Assembly (NCBI GenBank): GCA_963820525.1
Contig: CAWGAA010000001.1
Span: 1,760,001-1,824,000, forward strand
Source of the DNA: an uncultured Spirochaetota bacterium
GTDB lineage: Bacteria > Spirochaetota > Spirochaetia > SZUA-6 > Fen-1364
DNA: 64,000 nucleotides
Direction of reading: 5' to 3'
Shown: positions 20,097-29,154 of the stretch, piece after piece
Layout: each line of letters starts with the position of its first letter
Position numbering within the stretch: the stretch's first letter is position 1
The notes under the pieces: model-generated
What the model saw: only the letters and a program-made list of their open reading frames with translations
Databases searched by the model: none
What the model was told of the DNA's origin: nothing
Program-made: the position numbers and the translations under genes

Positions 20097-21380
20097 CTAT
20101 TTCCGCAATTGCGCGGCGGCGTCTTTCAGGGCTTGAGCCGGAGTCTTGGACTGTTCCACAAGAACTTGATAGGAAACGTTGCGCTTGAGGATGTCGATGA
20201 TCTCGGGATAGTTGCCGCTTACGTTCGTGGTGTTGAGCGCGTCTTTCACGGCCACCATCATGCCGAAGATATCATTGTTCTGGAAGTATCGCGTGAACTT
20301 GTTCGGCTCTCTCATGGCGGGGTCGGTCCACACGTCCCAGCGCATGGGGTCGAAGCCGAGCTGCTGCCAGATCGCTAAATTGGCTTCCTTGGATCCCTTC
20401 ACCCATACCAGGAACTTCTTGGCGAGGTTGATGTTCTTGCTCTGCAGGGTGACCGCCGTGCCCGTGCCGCCCATACCTGTCGAGAGGAACTTGCTCTTGA
20501 TGCCGTTCACGGATCCGTCGAAGATCGGCATGGGGCGAATCGCCATTTTCCCCTTCAGGTCCGGCATGTAGTCGGTGAACCGGCCCATGTACCAGAGGGG
20601 CATCCAGATGGAGGCGGCCCCGCCGTCGTTCATGAACCCGTAGTACTGCTCATTATGGTGGAAGCCGCCCGGCGTCCCGATGGCGATCTTGTACTTGTAC
20701 ACCATGTCGGAGAGCATCTGCAGAACCCTGATGTTGGTGTCATTGTCCAGGATCACCTTGTTGTTCTTGTCCAGGACGTCGGAGCCGGCAAGGGAGAACA
20801 GGGGATAGACCGACCAGTGCTCGGTGGTTTCCAGGGTGCACATGGGCTTTCCGGTCTTTGCCACGACCTGCTGGCCGGCCTTGATGTAGTCGCTCCATGT
20901 CTTGATCTTGTCGATGTCGACGCCCGCTTCCTTGCAGATTTCATTGTTGTAGTACATGACCTCCATGCCGACATGGAAATCGATCCCGTAATACTTCCCG
21001 CCCTTCTGGTAGAGCGCCAGGCGCGATTGGAAAAATTTGCTCTTGATGGGATCGAGCAGGTCATTCAGCGGGGCGAGCTGGATTTTTCCCTTGAGATAGT
21101 TGGCGAACTTGCTCACCTCGATGTCAGCCAGGTCGGGAGCACCCACCCCGGACTGGAGGGCTACCAGGAGCTTGTTGTGCAGGTCGTCATAAGGAAACAC
21201 CTCTGGCTTCAGCACGATCTGCTGATTGGGGTTTTCCTGGTTCCACACCGGAACCATGCTCTGGTAATAGTTCGCGTGGAGCTCCTGGAAGGTCCAGAGG
21301 GAGAGCTCTGTCTCCTGCGCGAACACGCCCAGAACCGGCAGCAATGTGAGAAGAAGCAGCAACACTACCAGTTTGCGCAT
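20097..21380 (-). CDS. Arabino-oligosaccharide ABC substrate-binding protein (AraN-like)
   Basis: Signal peptide; 'WTFQELH', 'LHNKLLVALQSGVGAPDLADIE', 'MPLWYMGRFTDYMPDLKGK', 'GMGGTGT'. Confidence 0.88.
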   Translation of the reverse strand: MRKLVVLLLLLTLLPVLGVFAQETELSLWTFQELHANYYQSMVPVWNQENPNQQIVLKPEVFPYDDLHNKLLVALQSGVGAPDLADIEVSKFANYLKGKIQLAPLNDLLDPIKSKFFQSRLALYQKGGKYYGIDFHVGMEVMYYNNEICKEAGVDIDKIKTWSDYIKAGQQVVAKTGKPMCTLETTEHWSVYPLFSLAGSDVLDKNNKVILDNDTNIRVLQMLSDMVYKYKIAIGTPGGFHHNEQYYGFMNDGGAASIWMPLWYMGRFTDYMPDLKGKMAIRPMPIFDGSVNGIKSKFLSTGMGGTGTAVTLQSKNINLAKKFLVWVKGSKEANLAIWQQLGFDPMRWDVWTDPAMREPNKFTRYFQNNDIFGMMVAVKDALNTTNVSGNYPEIIDILKRNVSYQVLVEQSKTPAQALKDAAAQLRK

Positions 21381-21473
21381 CTTTCACTCCTTTTTTGCTG
21401 TTCAGCTGAACAGACTCTATAAATCGCCTGAACTCCATGGTTCAAGCATCATCGGGCAACGCCCTGGATGCCG

Positions 21474-21502
21474 ATTCTAAGGTAGGCACAGGTATTTGTC
21501 AA
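21474..21502 (-). promoter_or_regulatory. Near-consensus sigma70 promoter of the arabinoside operon
   Basis: TTGACA-N17-TAGAAT on the minus strand. Confidence 0.8.
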
Positions 21503-21604
21503 GTTAATTATGATAAAGACCAGATTTATGGATTTATTTATGTAAAATAACAAACTTTGCCGTTAGAAAATGATTTTTAGCCAATTTATATCTCTAATAA
21601 CTCT

Positions 21605-21631
21605 ATATGTATCATATTTAATGATACATAT
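21605..21631. promoter_or_regulatory. Candidate operator (perfect 11-bp inverted repeat)
   Basis: ATATGTATCAT-ATTTA-ATGATACATAT in the AT-rich divergent intergenic region. Confidence 0.55.
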
Positions 21632-21668
21632 CCTCATTTCTTAGCACAAAATTGCTCTAAAATGATCC

Positions 21669-21697
21669 TTGCAATAAATCTGATTTTCTGATATTCT
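21669..21697 (+). promoter_or_regulatory. Sigma70 promoter of the regulator
   Basis: TTGCAA-N17-TATTCT. Confidence 0.65.
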
Positions 21698-21720
21698 ATC
21701 AAAATTAGAGAGCAAATAGA

Positions 21721-22644
21721 ATGAGCGGCCAAAACATCCTGATCATCAATCCCCTCGAAGATGGCGGTATTCTCAAAGGCCTGGCGTCCGAGATGCGGGT
21801 ACGGATCCTCGAGCTGCTTCACTCCCAGAGCTTGAACGTCAATGAACTGACTCAGGCCCTCGGCATGCCGCAGTCCACGGTGGCTACCAACGTTCAGATC
21901 CTCGAGAACGCGGGACTGATACGCACGGAGACCGTCAAGGCAAAGAAGGGAAGCCAGAAGATCTGCCACAGCATGTATTACGAGATTCTGATCCAGTTCC
22001 CTCAAGCGAAGAAGCCGGAGGACGACCTTATCGAAGTCGAAATGCCCATCGGCCTCTTCACCAGCTTCGAAGTCTCCCCGCCCTGCGGGCTGTGCTCCAC
22101 GGACGCCATCATCGGCTTCCTCGACGTTCCCGACGATTTTCTCAACCCCGGACGGATGAAAGCGGGGCTGCTCTGGTTCGAAAAGGGATTCGTCGAGTAC
22201 AAGTTTCCCAACAACAGCCTCTACAAGGAAAAGCCGGTAAAGAAGATCGAGCTCTCCGTGGAGCTTTCCTCGGAAACTCCGGGAACCGACAAGAACTGGC
22301 TCTCCGATATCACCCTATGGATCAATGACGTGGAAATCGGCTACTGGACATCGCCGGGAGACTACGGCGACAAGAGAGGAAAGCTCACTCCCCTGTGGTG
22401 GAAGCTGGAAGGCTCCCAGTACGGCCTGCTCAAGCATTGGATCGTCACGGAAGAGGGCTCATACGTCGATGGGGTTCGCATCTCGGACGTGAAGCTCAAA
22501 GACCTCGACCTGCCCGCGCACCATTCGATCCGCGTCAGGATCGGAGTCAAGGAGAACGCCGAGCACCTCGGCGGCATGAACATCTTCGGCAGGGGCTTCG
22601 GAAACTACGACCAGGATCTGATCCTCAGGCTGCACTTCAGCTAA
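21721..22644 (+). CDS. ArsR-type HTH transcriptional regulator with C-terminal domain (COG4189-like)
   Basis: 'KGLASEMRVRILELL...NVNEL...GMPQSTV...LENAGLI'; 'EMPIG...PPCGL', 'WTSPGDYGD.RG.LTP.WW...SQYGLLK'. Confidence 0.85.
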   Translation: MSGQNILIINPLEDGGILKGLASEMRVRILELLHSQSLNVNELTQALGMPQSTVATNVQILENAGLIRTETVKAKKGSQKICHSMYYEILIQFPQAKKPEDDLIEVEMPIGLFTSFEVSPPCGLCSTDAIIGFLDVPDDFLNPGRMKAGLLWFEKGFVEYKFPNNSLYKEKPVKKIELSVELSSETPGTDKNWLSDITLWINDVEIGYWTSPGDYGDKRGKLTPLWWKLEGSQYGLLKHWIVTEEGSYVDGVRISDVKLKDLDLPAHHSIRVRIGVKENAEHLGGMNIFGRGFGNYDQDLILRLHFS

Positions 22645-23657
22645 TTCGGATCGAGGGGCTCCCCGGGGAGCGGCCATCCGTCCTCCGTCCAGGTTATCCG
22701 GCGGACCCGAAGCACCGCCGTTCCCCCCCGTCTCGCGTCATACACGTGATGGATGAGCCAATACATCCCGCCATCCTGGAGCACCGCGTTGTGCCCGGGG
22801 CCGTGATCGTCGCCAGCGGTCTCGAGGATGACGGTCCCGCCTCCGCTCATCATCTGCCCGCCCTCACGGTCCACGTAGGGTCCCGTGATCCGGGGCGAGC
22901 GTCCAACCGCGATCTTGTAGTCGCTGCGCGTCCGTCGACAGCAGTAGTCGAAGGACACGAACAGGTAGAAGAACCCTTCCCTGCGGATTATGTAGGGAGC
23001 CTCGATGGGGTCGTTTTCCACGCCCGGGCGGGCGGCAAGGGACAAGAGCTCGGGCGGGTTTTTCAAGGGCCTGCCCGATTGGGGATCCATCTCCGTCATC
23101 TTGATGCCGCCCCAGAAAGAGCCGAATATAAGCCAGTATCGACCCGTCGCATCCACGGCGAGATTGGGATCGATCGCGTTCCAGAAATCCCTGCCGGGCA
23201 GCGACTCGATCACCTTGCCCAGGTCCGTCCAGCGGTAATCGGGGCTCTTCGGGTCCAGGGTCGGGCTCACGGCGAGGCCGATGCAGGATCGGTTCTGACC
23301 GAACGAGGATACGGCGTAATACAGGTGGTAACTGCCGTTGAAATACGAGATATCGGGCGCCCAGAGATCCCCGTTGAATCCGGGCACATCCTGCCAGGCC
23401 CAATCAGGAGCCTTGCCGAACACCGGCCCCACGTACTCCCATTTGATGAAATCCTTGGTCCGGCTTACGGGAATCCCTTGTCCCGTCGAGAACACGTAGT
23501 AGTACTCCCCCTCCTTGATGGCGGAGGGATCGTGGGCTGCCATCGTCGCCCCCGCGCTCATCAGGGGAAAGGCGAGAAACAATGCGGCAAAAAGGCCGCG
23601 CGGCGAAATGCCGTCCGCCCGAATCCCCGACGCTTTCCTTCGTGAACCCGCTTTCAT
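22641..23657 (-). CDS. Secreted GH43 endo-1,5-alpha-arabinanase-like protein
   Basis: 'AHDPS', 'LWAPDI', 'NAIDPN', 'FGSFWGGI', 'IEAPYI', 'SFDYCC', 'GPGHN'. Confidence 0.88.
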   Translation of the reverse strand: MKAGSRRKASGIRADGISPRGLFAALFLAFPLMSAGATMAAHDPSAIKEGEYYYVFSTGQGIPVSRTKDFIKWEYVGPVFGKAPDWAWQDVPGFNGDLWAPDISYFNGSYHLYYAVSSFGQNRSCIGLAVSPTLDPKSPDYRWTDLGKVIESLPGRDFWNAIDPNLAVDATGRYWLIFGSFWGGIKMTEMDPQSGRPLKNPPELLSLAARPGVENDPIEAPYIIRREGFFYLFVSFDYCCRRTRSDYKIAVGRSPRITGPYVDREGGQMMSGGGTVILETAGDDHGPGHNAVLQDGGMYWLIHHVYDARRGGTAVLRVRRITWTEDGWPLPGEPLDPN

Positions 23658-23667
23658 AGGTGAACCC

Positions 23668-24705
23668 CTACTGCCCTTGGAGCACTTCGATCATCGCCGC
23701 GACGTTCTCCGCCCTGGCGTCCTTGGGGATGTCGTGGGCGGGAGAGGCGATATAGCCGCCCTTCTCCCCCACTCCCTCGATGAGCCGCCTCACCTCGTCC
23801 TTCACCTGCTGGACGGTGCCGTAGGGAAGCGTTTTCTGCGTGCTGATGCCGCCGAAGAAGCTTATCCGATCGCCGTAGCGCCGCTTGATGTCGTAGACGT
23901 CCATCACCTCGGGCTGGAAGGGATTGAACACGTCCACCCCGCACTCGATGAAGTCCGGGAAAAGCTCGTCCACCTTGCCGCAGGAGTGGATGAAGACCTT
24001 CCTGCCCGCCGCCTTCACGGCGGCATAGAGCCTGGCGATCCTGGGCTTGAGGAACTCGCGCCAGAGGGGGGGGCCCATGAGCAGGCCGCGCTGCTGGCCC
24101 CAGTCGTCGCCGAAGCGCATGCCGTCGATGTCAAAGGAGAGGGCGTTCTTCACGACGGCCAGGTCGTACTCCAGTATGGCGTCGAACAGGGAATTGGCGA
24201 AATCCTTGTCCTCGATCATCGCCACCAGGATGTTCTCCATCCCCGCCAGCGTCCATGCGCGCTCGAAAAGGGAGAATCCCAATGAGGCCACGACGAACGT
24301 GTCCCCCCGACGGGAAATCTCATCGGGGAAGCCCGAGAAGCGGGAAGGCGCCTCGGGATCGGGGAAGGCGTACTGCCTGAAGTTTTCCGGGGTGACCCGC
24401 TGGTTCGACACCGTGCCGATATCGACGTCCACCCTCCTGTCCCAGAGCACGCCGAACTCGTCCGCCCAGATCCCCGGACGGTCGGGAAGCTCGATCTCGG
24501 GGAGGCTCGTGGAGAGGATGGTGAGGCAGTTGCCGAGCGAGTCTTCGAAGTTGTCCCTGCCGAAATACTGCGCCATGGTCCGGCGGGCCGGCTCGGTGAA
24601 GCTGATGTGGTACGGCGTGACATCCGGCTGCCGGTGATCCAATGCGGCGATCACCCGCTCTCTCGGGGTGGCGGCAGGGGCCCGCCCGCCCTGGCCGGCG
24701 TTCAT
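23668..24705 (-). CDS. Uroporphyrinogen decarboxylase/MtaA-like (URO-D family) protein
   Basis: 'TPRERV..AL.H..PD', 'GDDWGQQRG', 'HSCG', 'FFGGISTQ', 'GGYIASPAH'. Confidence 0.85.
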   Translation of the reverse strand: MNAGQGGRAPAATPRERVIAALDHRQPDVTPYHISFTEPARRTMAQYFGRDNFEDSLGNCLTILSTSLPEIELPDRPGIWADEFGVLWDRRVDVDIGTVSNQRVTPENFRQYAFPDPEAPSRFSGFPDEISRRGDTFVVASLGFSLFERAWTLAGMENILVAMIEDKDFANSLFDAILEYDLAVVKNALSFDIDGMRFGDDWGQQRGLLMGPPLWREFLKPRIARLYAAVKAAGRKVFIHSCGKVDELFPDFIECGVDVFNPFQPEVMDVYDIKRRYGDRISFFGGISTQKTLPYGTVQQVKDEVRRLIEGVGEKGGYIASPAHDIPKDARAENVAAMIEVLQGQ

Positions 24706-24706
24706 C

Positions 24707-26479
24707 CTACTCCTTGTCCTTCACCACCTTGAGGTGAAGCTCGGCGAGCTGCCGCTCGTCGACCTCTGAGGGAGAGTCGTCCATGGGACACACTCCGAGG
24801 GTGTTCTTGGGGAAGGCAATGACGTCCCTGATCGTGCTCTCCCCCGCCATGAGCGCCACAAGCCTGTCGAAACCCGGCGCGATTCCGCCGTGCGGCGGCG
24901 GACCGTAGCGGAATGCTTCCAGGAGGAAGCCGAATCTCCGCGCCGCCTCCTCGTCCGAGATCCCCAGGAAGCGGAAGACGCGCTTCTGGAGCTCCGGGTC
25001 GTGGATCCTGATGGAGCCGGAGGCCAGCTCCACACCGTTTCCGACGAGGTCGTAGAGGTCTCCCTTCACCTCGCCGGGCCGCTTCTCGAAATCCGCGAGG
25101 AAGCGGTCCTGCGGCATGGTGAACATGTGATGGGCGGGGTTCCACTTCTTCTCATCCGCGTTCCACTCGAAGAGGGGGAAATCGACGATCCAGCAGAACA
25201 TGAAGTCCTTGGCGTCCGCCAGCCCCAGCTCGCGGCCGAGCTGAAGGCGCACGGCGCCCAGCGAGGTGCATGCCTTTCTCCAATCGGCCCCCACCAGGAG
25301 AATGAGGTCTCCCGGTTTTGCGCCAAGGGCGGAGACGATGGCGGCGGCCTGCTGCGTATAGAACTTGGAAATCCCGCCGTCCAGGCCGCCCTCGGTCACC
25401 TTCATGGATGCAAGGCCCGCGGCTCCGTACACCTTGGCCGTCTGCTCCAGCTCCCCGATTTTCTTGCGGGAAAACTCCCCGCAGCCCGGCGCCACGATGG
25501 CCTTCACGGCGCCGCCCTCCGCAATCGTCTTCTTGAAGACCTCGAAGCCGCCCTTCTTCGCGAAGGGCGTGAAATCTGCGAGCTCCATGGCGAAGCGGAG
25601 GTCGGGCTTGTCTGAGCCGTAGAGGTTCATCGCGTCGTCATAGGCAAGCCGCTGGAAGGGGACCTTCAGGTTCACGCCCATAGTCTTGGAGAAGATGTGC
25701 CCGAAAAGCCCCTCGACGAGCTCGAACACATCTTCGCGGCCCACGAAGCTCATCTCGATGTCGATCTGGGTGAACTCGGGCTGGCGGTCGCCGCGGGCGT
25801 CCTCGTCGCGGAAGCAGCGGGCGATCTGGAAGTATCTGTCGAAGCCGGAGACCATGAGGATCTGCTTATACAGCTGCGGCGACTGCGGCAGGGCATAGAA
25901 CTTCCCCGGGTTGATTCGAGAGGGAACGAGGAAGTCCCGGGCGCCCTCCGGAGTCGACTTGATGAACATGGGGGTGTCGATCTCGAAGAACCCTCTGCCG
26001 ACCAGGTACTCTCGAGCGGCAAAGGCCACCTTGTGGCGAAGCTCGATGTTCCTCTGCATGGCGAAGGTCCGGAGGTCGATGTAGCGGTAGGTGAAGCGCA
26101 GGTCCTCCCGCGCATCCGCCCTTTCATCCACCATGAACGGAAGAACCTCCGAGCGGCTCAATATCTGGATGCTCTGCGCCTTGACCTCGATCTCTCCGGT
26201 TGAAAGCTTCGGGTTGACCATGGCGGGCGGGCGGGGGCGAACGGTCCCTTCCACGGCGATGCAATACTCGAACTTGAGCTCCGCCCCGAGGGCGCGAAGC
26301 TCCGGGGATGCGTCGGCGTCGATCACGACCTGGGTCACCCCGTAGCGGTCCCGCAGGTCCACGAAGCGGATGCCGCCGTGGTCGCGGTGCCTGTGAACCC
26401 AGCCGTTGAGAACTACGCCTTTTCCGTCATCCGCCTTTCTCAGGGCTCCGCAGGTGACGGTTCTCTTCATCCGTTCCAT
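24707..26479 (-). CDS. aspS: Aspartate--tRNA ligase
   Basis: OB-fold 'GWVHRHRDHGG..FVDLRD', 'TPEGARDF', 'ALPQSPQLYKQ', 'CFRDED.R.DRQPEFTQ', 'GPPPHGGIAPGFDR'. Confidence 0.97.
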   Translation of the reverse strand: MERMKRTVTCGALRKADDGKGVVLNGWVHRHRDHGGIRFVDLRDRYGVTQVVIDADASPELRALGAELKFEYCIAVEGTVRPRPPAMVNPKLSTGEIEVKAQSIQILSRSEVLPFMVDERADAREDLRFTYRYIDLRTFAMQRNIELRHKVAFAAREYLVGRGFFEIDTPMFIKSTPEGARDFLVPSRINPGKFYALPQSPQLYKQILMVSGFDRYFQIARCFRDEDARGDRQPEFTQIDIEMSFVGREDVFELVEGLFGHIFSKTMGVNLKVPFQRLAYDDAMNLYGSDKPDLRFAMELADFTPFAKKGGFEVFKKTIAEGGAVKAIVAPGCGEFSRKKIGELEQTAKVYGAAGLASMKVTEGGLDGGISKFYTQQAAAIVSALGAKPGDLILLVGADWRKACTSLGAVRLQLGRELGLADAKDFMFCWIVDFPLFEWNADEKKWNPAHHMFTMPQDRFLADFEKRPGEVKGDLYDLVGNGVELASGSIRIHDPELQKRVFRFLGISDEEAARRFGFLLEAFRYGPPPHGGIAPGFDRLVALMAGESTIRDVIAFPKNTLGVCPMDDSPSEVDERQLAELHLKVVKDKE

Positions 26480-26486
26480 GGAGCCG

Positions 26487-26516
26487 ACTATAGCCGGGAT
26501 GGCACGGGGATTGCAA
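26487..26516 (-). promoter_or_regulatory. Sigma70 promoter of aspS (likely leaderless transcript)
   Basis: TTGCAA-N18-TATAGT ending 7 nt before ATG 26479. Confidence 0.55.
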
Positions 26517-26637
26517 GAATGCGGGCCGCGGCCCCGAAGTGGCGCGCTGTTTTTGTCTTCCCCTGCCCTCTTGCGTACATTAGAGTGAGTGAATAAGTAT
26601 TGAAGAGATGAGAAATCCGCTGAAGAGGAGCGTTCGA

Positions 26638-29151
26638 ATGAACAAAAGGATCATCGCTGCGGCGCTTTTCTTCTGCGCGGCCGCGTTCGCATTTTCCCAG
26701 GGCGCGAAGAAGGGCCCCCTCGTGGACCGCGTCTACTTCGACATCAGGATCCAGCAGGACATTGCCATCAAGGACACGGCGGAAGGCAAGACCGACGTCT
26801 TCCTCTATGGCGTCCAGGGCAACGACTACCGCGCCCTGTCCGAGGACACCCGGGACAAGCTGGACGACTACGAGATCCCCTCCGGTTCGTGGTCTCTGGA
26901 GTTCAATCCCGTGCCCAACGCGGCGCCGTACACGGTCACGGTGGGTGCGAGGACGTTCTTCAATCCCTTCGCCATCCGTGAGGTGCGCTTCGCCATGAAC
27001 TTCCTCGTCAACAGGAAGTACATCGTGGACGAGATCCTGGGTGGGAGCGGGGCTTCCATGTTCACCATGGCCACCCCGGGGCAGCCCGGCACCTTCCGCT
27101 ACAACCTCATTCCGCCGCGGCTTGGGTTCACGGCAACGGGCAATGAGAAGCAGGCCATCGCGGACATCACCGCCGCCATCGCCAAGGCATCCGAGCTTCC
27201 CGAGCTCCAGGGCAAGCTCGTGAAGGAGGGAGACTGGTGGATGTTCGACGGCGAGCCCGTCTCGGTGAAGTTCCTCATCAGGGTTGACGAGCCGAACGGC
27301 AGATTGAAGGAAGGCAGGTACATCGCGGACCAGATCGAAAAGGCCGGCATCAAGGTGGAGCGGCTGGAGTACGACAGACGGAAGTGCATCACCCTCGCCT
27401 ATGACGGAAACCCGGCCGACTACCAGTGGAATATCTACACGGAGGGCTGGGGGGCCGGAGCAACCCGCGCATGGTGGGACAACATCGTGGCGCAGGCCTA
27501 CGCCCCATGGGTAGGAAACATGCCCGGCGGCCAAAAACCTGAGTTCTGGAACTATGCAAACCGCGAGATAGACAGGCTGACGCAGAAGATACAAAACGGC
27601 CAGTTCATCGGCGAGGCCGACTACTGGGATTCCATCCTCAGGGCAACGGAGTTGGGAATCCGGGACGCGGTACGCGTGTATATCTGCGACCAGGACCAGT
27701 TCTACCTGGCCAACAAGGCCCGCTTCAACCAGCGGATGGTCTACGGCCTGGGGGACGGCCTGGACGACTGGTCCCTCGTCACGGCGGACGTGAAGCCGGA
27801 GAAGAACAGCGGGGAGAAGATCCTCCATGTCACGCAGCTTTCCGCCAAGGGATCTCTTTTCATGGGAGCGTGGGACCCCGTGGGGGTGGACGGGTTCAAC
27901 GACATGTACAGCCTCAACGTGGTCCAGGCGTGCGCCGACATGGGCTCCTTCGAATCGCCCGTCACCGCGCTTGACACGCCATGGCGCGTGAGCTGGAAAG
28001 ACGTTCAGTCCAGCGTCAAAGCGGGTAAGGATGGCACCCTGGCAGGCCAGATCCCCGTGCCGGAGGACGCCGTTCTCTACGCCTCCGCCTCCAAGACATG
28101 GAAGAAGGTGGGACCCGGGGTGACATCCTTCAGCAAGGCCACCTACACCTACAAGTGGGGCAAGTGGCACACGGGAAGGCCCATCACGATCGCGGACATC
28201 ATGTACGCACAGGCCTTCACCGTGGAGTGGATGAACAAGGATGGGCCCGATGACAGGTACTACGACGCCACCTACGAGTCCAGCGTAAAGCCCGGACAGC
28301 AGACGCTCAAGGGGATCGTGCTGAACAAGGACGGCACGTTCACCACCTATTACAATTTCAACCATATCTCGAAGGAGAGGATCGGCGCCTCGGGCTCCCT
28401 CGGCCTGTCCACGTACGGAGCCGCCCATCCCGTGCTCGTGTCGTGGGAGATCTCGGAAGCGCTTTCCAAGATGGTGGCGGAAGGGAGCAAGTCCGGCACC
28501 GCGTGGAGCTTCTCCTCGGACCCGGCCTTTACCGAGGTCGACGTGCTCAACCCCAAGTGCCTCGACGACATCAAGGCCAAGCTCCAGGAGTTCAAGGCGG
28601 CCCGCTACGTGCCGGGCCCGATCAGGCAGTGGAAGACGGCCGCGGAGGCGGTTGCCAGCTACGATGCGTCTATCGCGTGGATCGACGCCCACAAGAACGC
28701 CTACATCTCCAACGGTCCTTTCTTCATCAACAACGTGGACCTCTCCTCCGGCTTCGTAGAGCTTCGGGCCAACCGGGATCCCAGCTATCCCTTCGAGGCA
28801 GGCTACTGGAACAGGGCCTTCCGCACGGTGACCTCGCGGATCGACGCGGTCGAGCCCCCCGCTTTTGCCACGCACGGCCTTGAGGCCTCCATCACGGTGA
28901 GGGTATCCCAGGTGGACTATCCCGCCGGAACGGCCAAGCCGGCCGGCGCTTCCACCCGGGTGAGCCTGAGCCTTGTCTCCCCGGCGGGAGAGAAGGTGTT
29001 CAAGGCAGCGTACCTGCGGCCCGGCGTGTTCGTCGTGAAGATCCCGGCCGCCGACATGAACCTTGCGGCGGGAAGCTACACCATCGTCGCGCAGTCAGCG
29101 GTCGGCGCCGAATCGCCCTCCGTGGCGCCGGCGTCGCTGAACGTGTTCTAG
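26638..29151 (+). CDS. Large oligopeptide-type ABC substrate-binding protein (family 5)
   Basis: GAGGAG RBS, signal peptide, 'NPFAIREVRFAMNFLVNRKYIV', 'SNGPF'; followed by Dpp/Opp permeases and ATPases. Confidence 0.85.
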   Translation: MNKRIIAAALFFCAAAFAFSQGAKKGPLVDRVYFDIRIQQDIAIKDTAEGKTDVFLYGVQGNDYRALSEDTRDKLDDYEIPSGSWSLEFNPVPNAAPYTVTVGARTFFNPFAIREVRFAMNFLVNRKYIVDEILGGSGASMFTMATPGQPGTFRYNLIPPRLGFTATGNEKQAIADITAAIAKASELPELQGKLVKEGDWWMFDGEPVSVKFLIRVDEPNGRLKEGRYIADQIEKAGIKVERLEYDRRKCITLAYDGNPADYQWNIYTEGWGAGATRAWWDNIVAQAYAPWVGNMPGGQKPEFWNYANREIDRLTQKIQNGQFIGEADYWDSILRATELGIRDAVRVYICDQDQFYLANKARFNQRMVYGLGDGLDDWSLVTADVKPEKNSGEKILHVTQLSAKGSLFMGAWDPVGVDGFNDMYSLNVVQACADMGSFESPVTALDTPWRVSWKDVQSSVKAGKDGTLAGQIPVPEDAVLYASASKTWKKVGPGVTSFSKATYTYKWGKWHTGRPITIADIMYAQAFTVEWMNKDGPDDRYYDATYESSVKPGQQTLKGIVLNKDGTFTTYYNFNHISKERIGASGSLGLSTYGAAHPVLVSWEISEALSKMVAEGSKSGTAWSFSSDPAFTEVDVLNPKCLDDIKAKLQEFKAARYVPGPIRQWKTAAEAVASYDASIAWIDAHKNAYISNGPFFINNVDLSSGFVELRANRDPSYPFEAGYWNRAFRTVTSRIDAVEPPAFATHGLEASITVRVSQVDYPAGTAKPAGASTRVSLSLVSPAGEKVFKAAYLRPGVFVVKIPAADMNLAAGSYTIVAQSAVGAESPSVAPASLNVF

Positions 29152-29154
29152 CCG

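Noticed and set aside
26488..28875. 795-aa antisense ORF (also 1462-2952, 19020-20378, 60910-62886 and similar)
   Set aside because: Shadow frames of high-GC genes, with no motifs and fully overlapping well-supported genes on the other strand.
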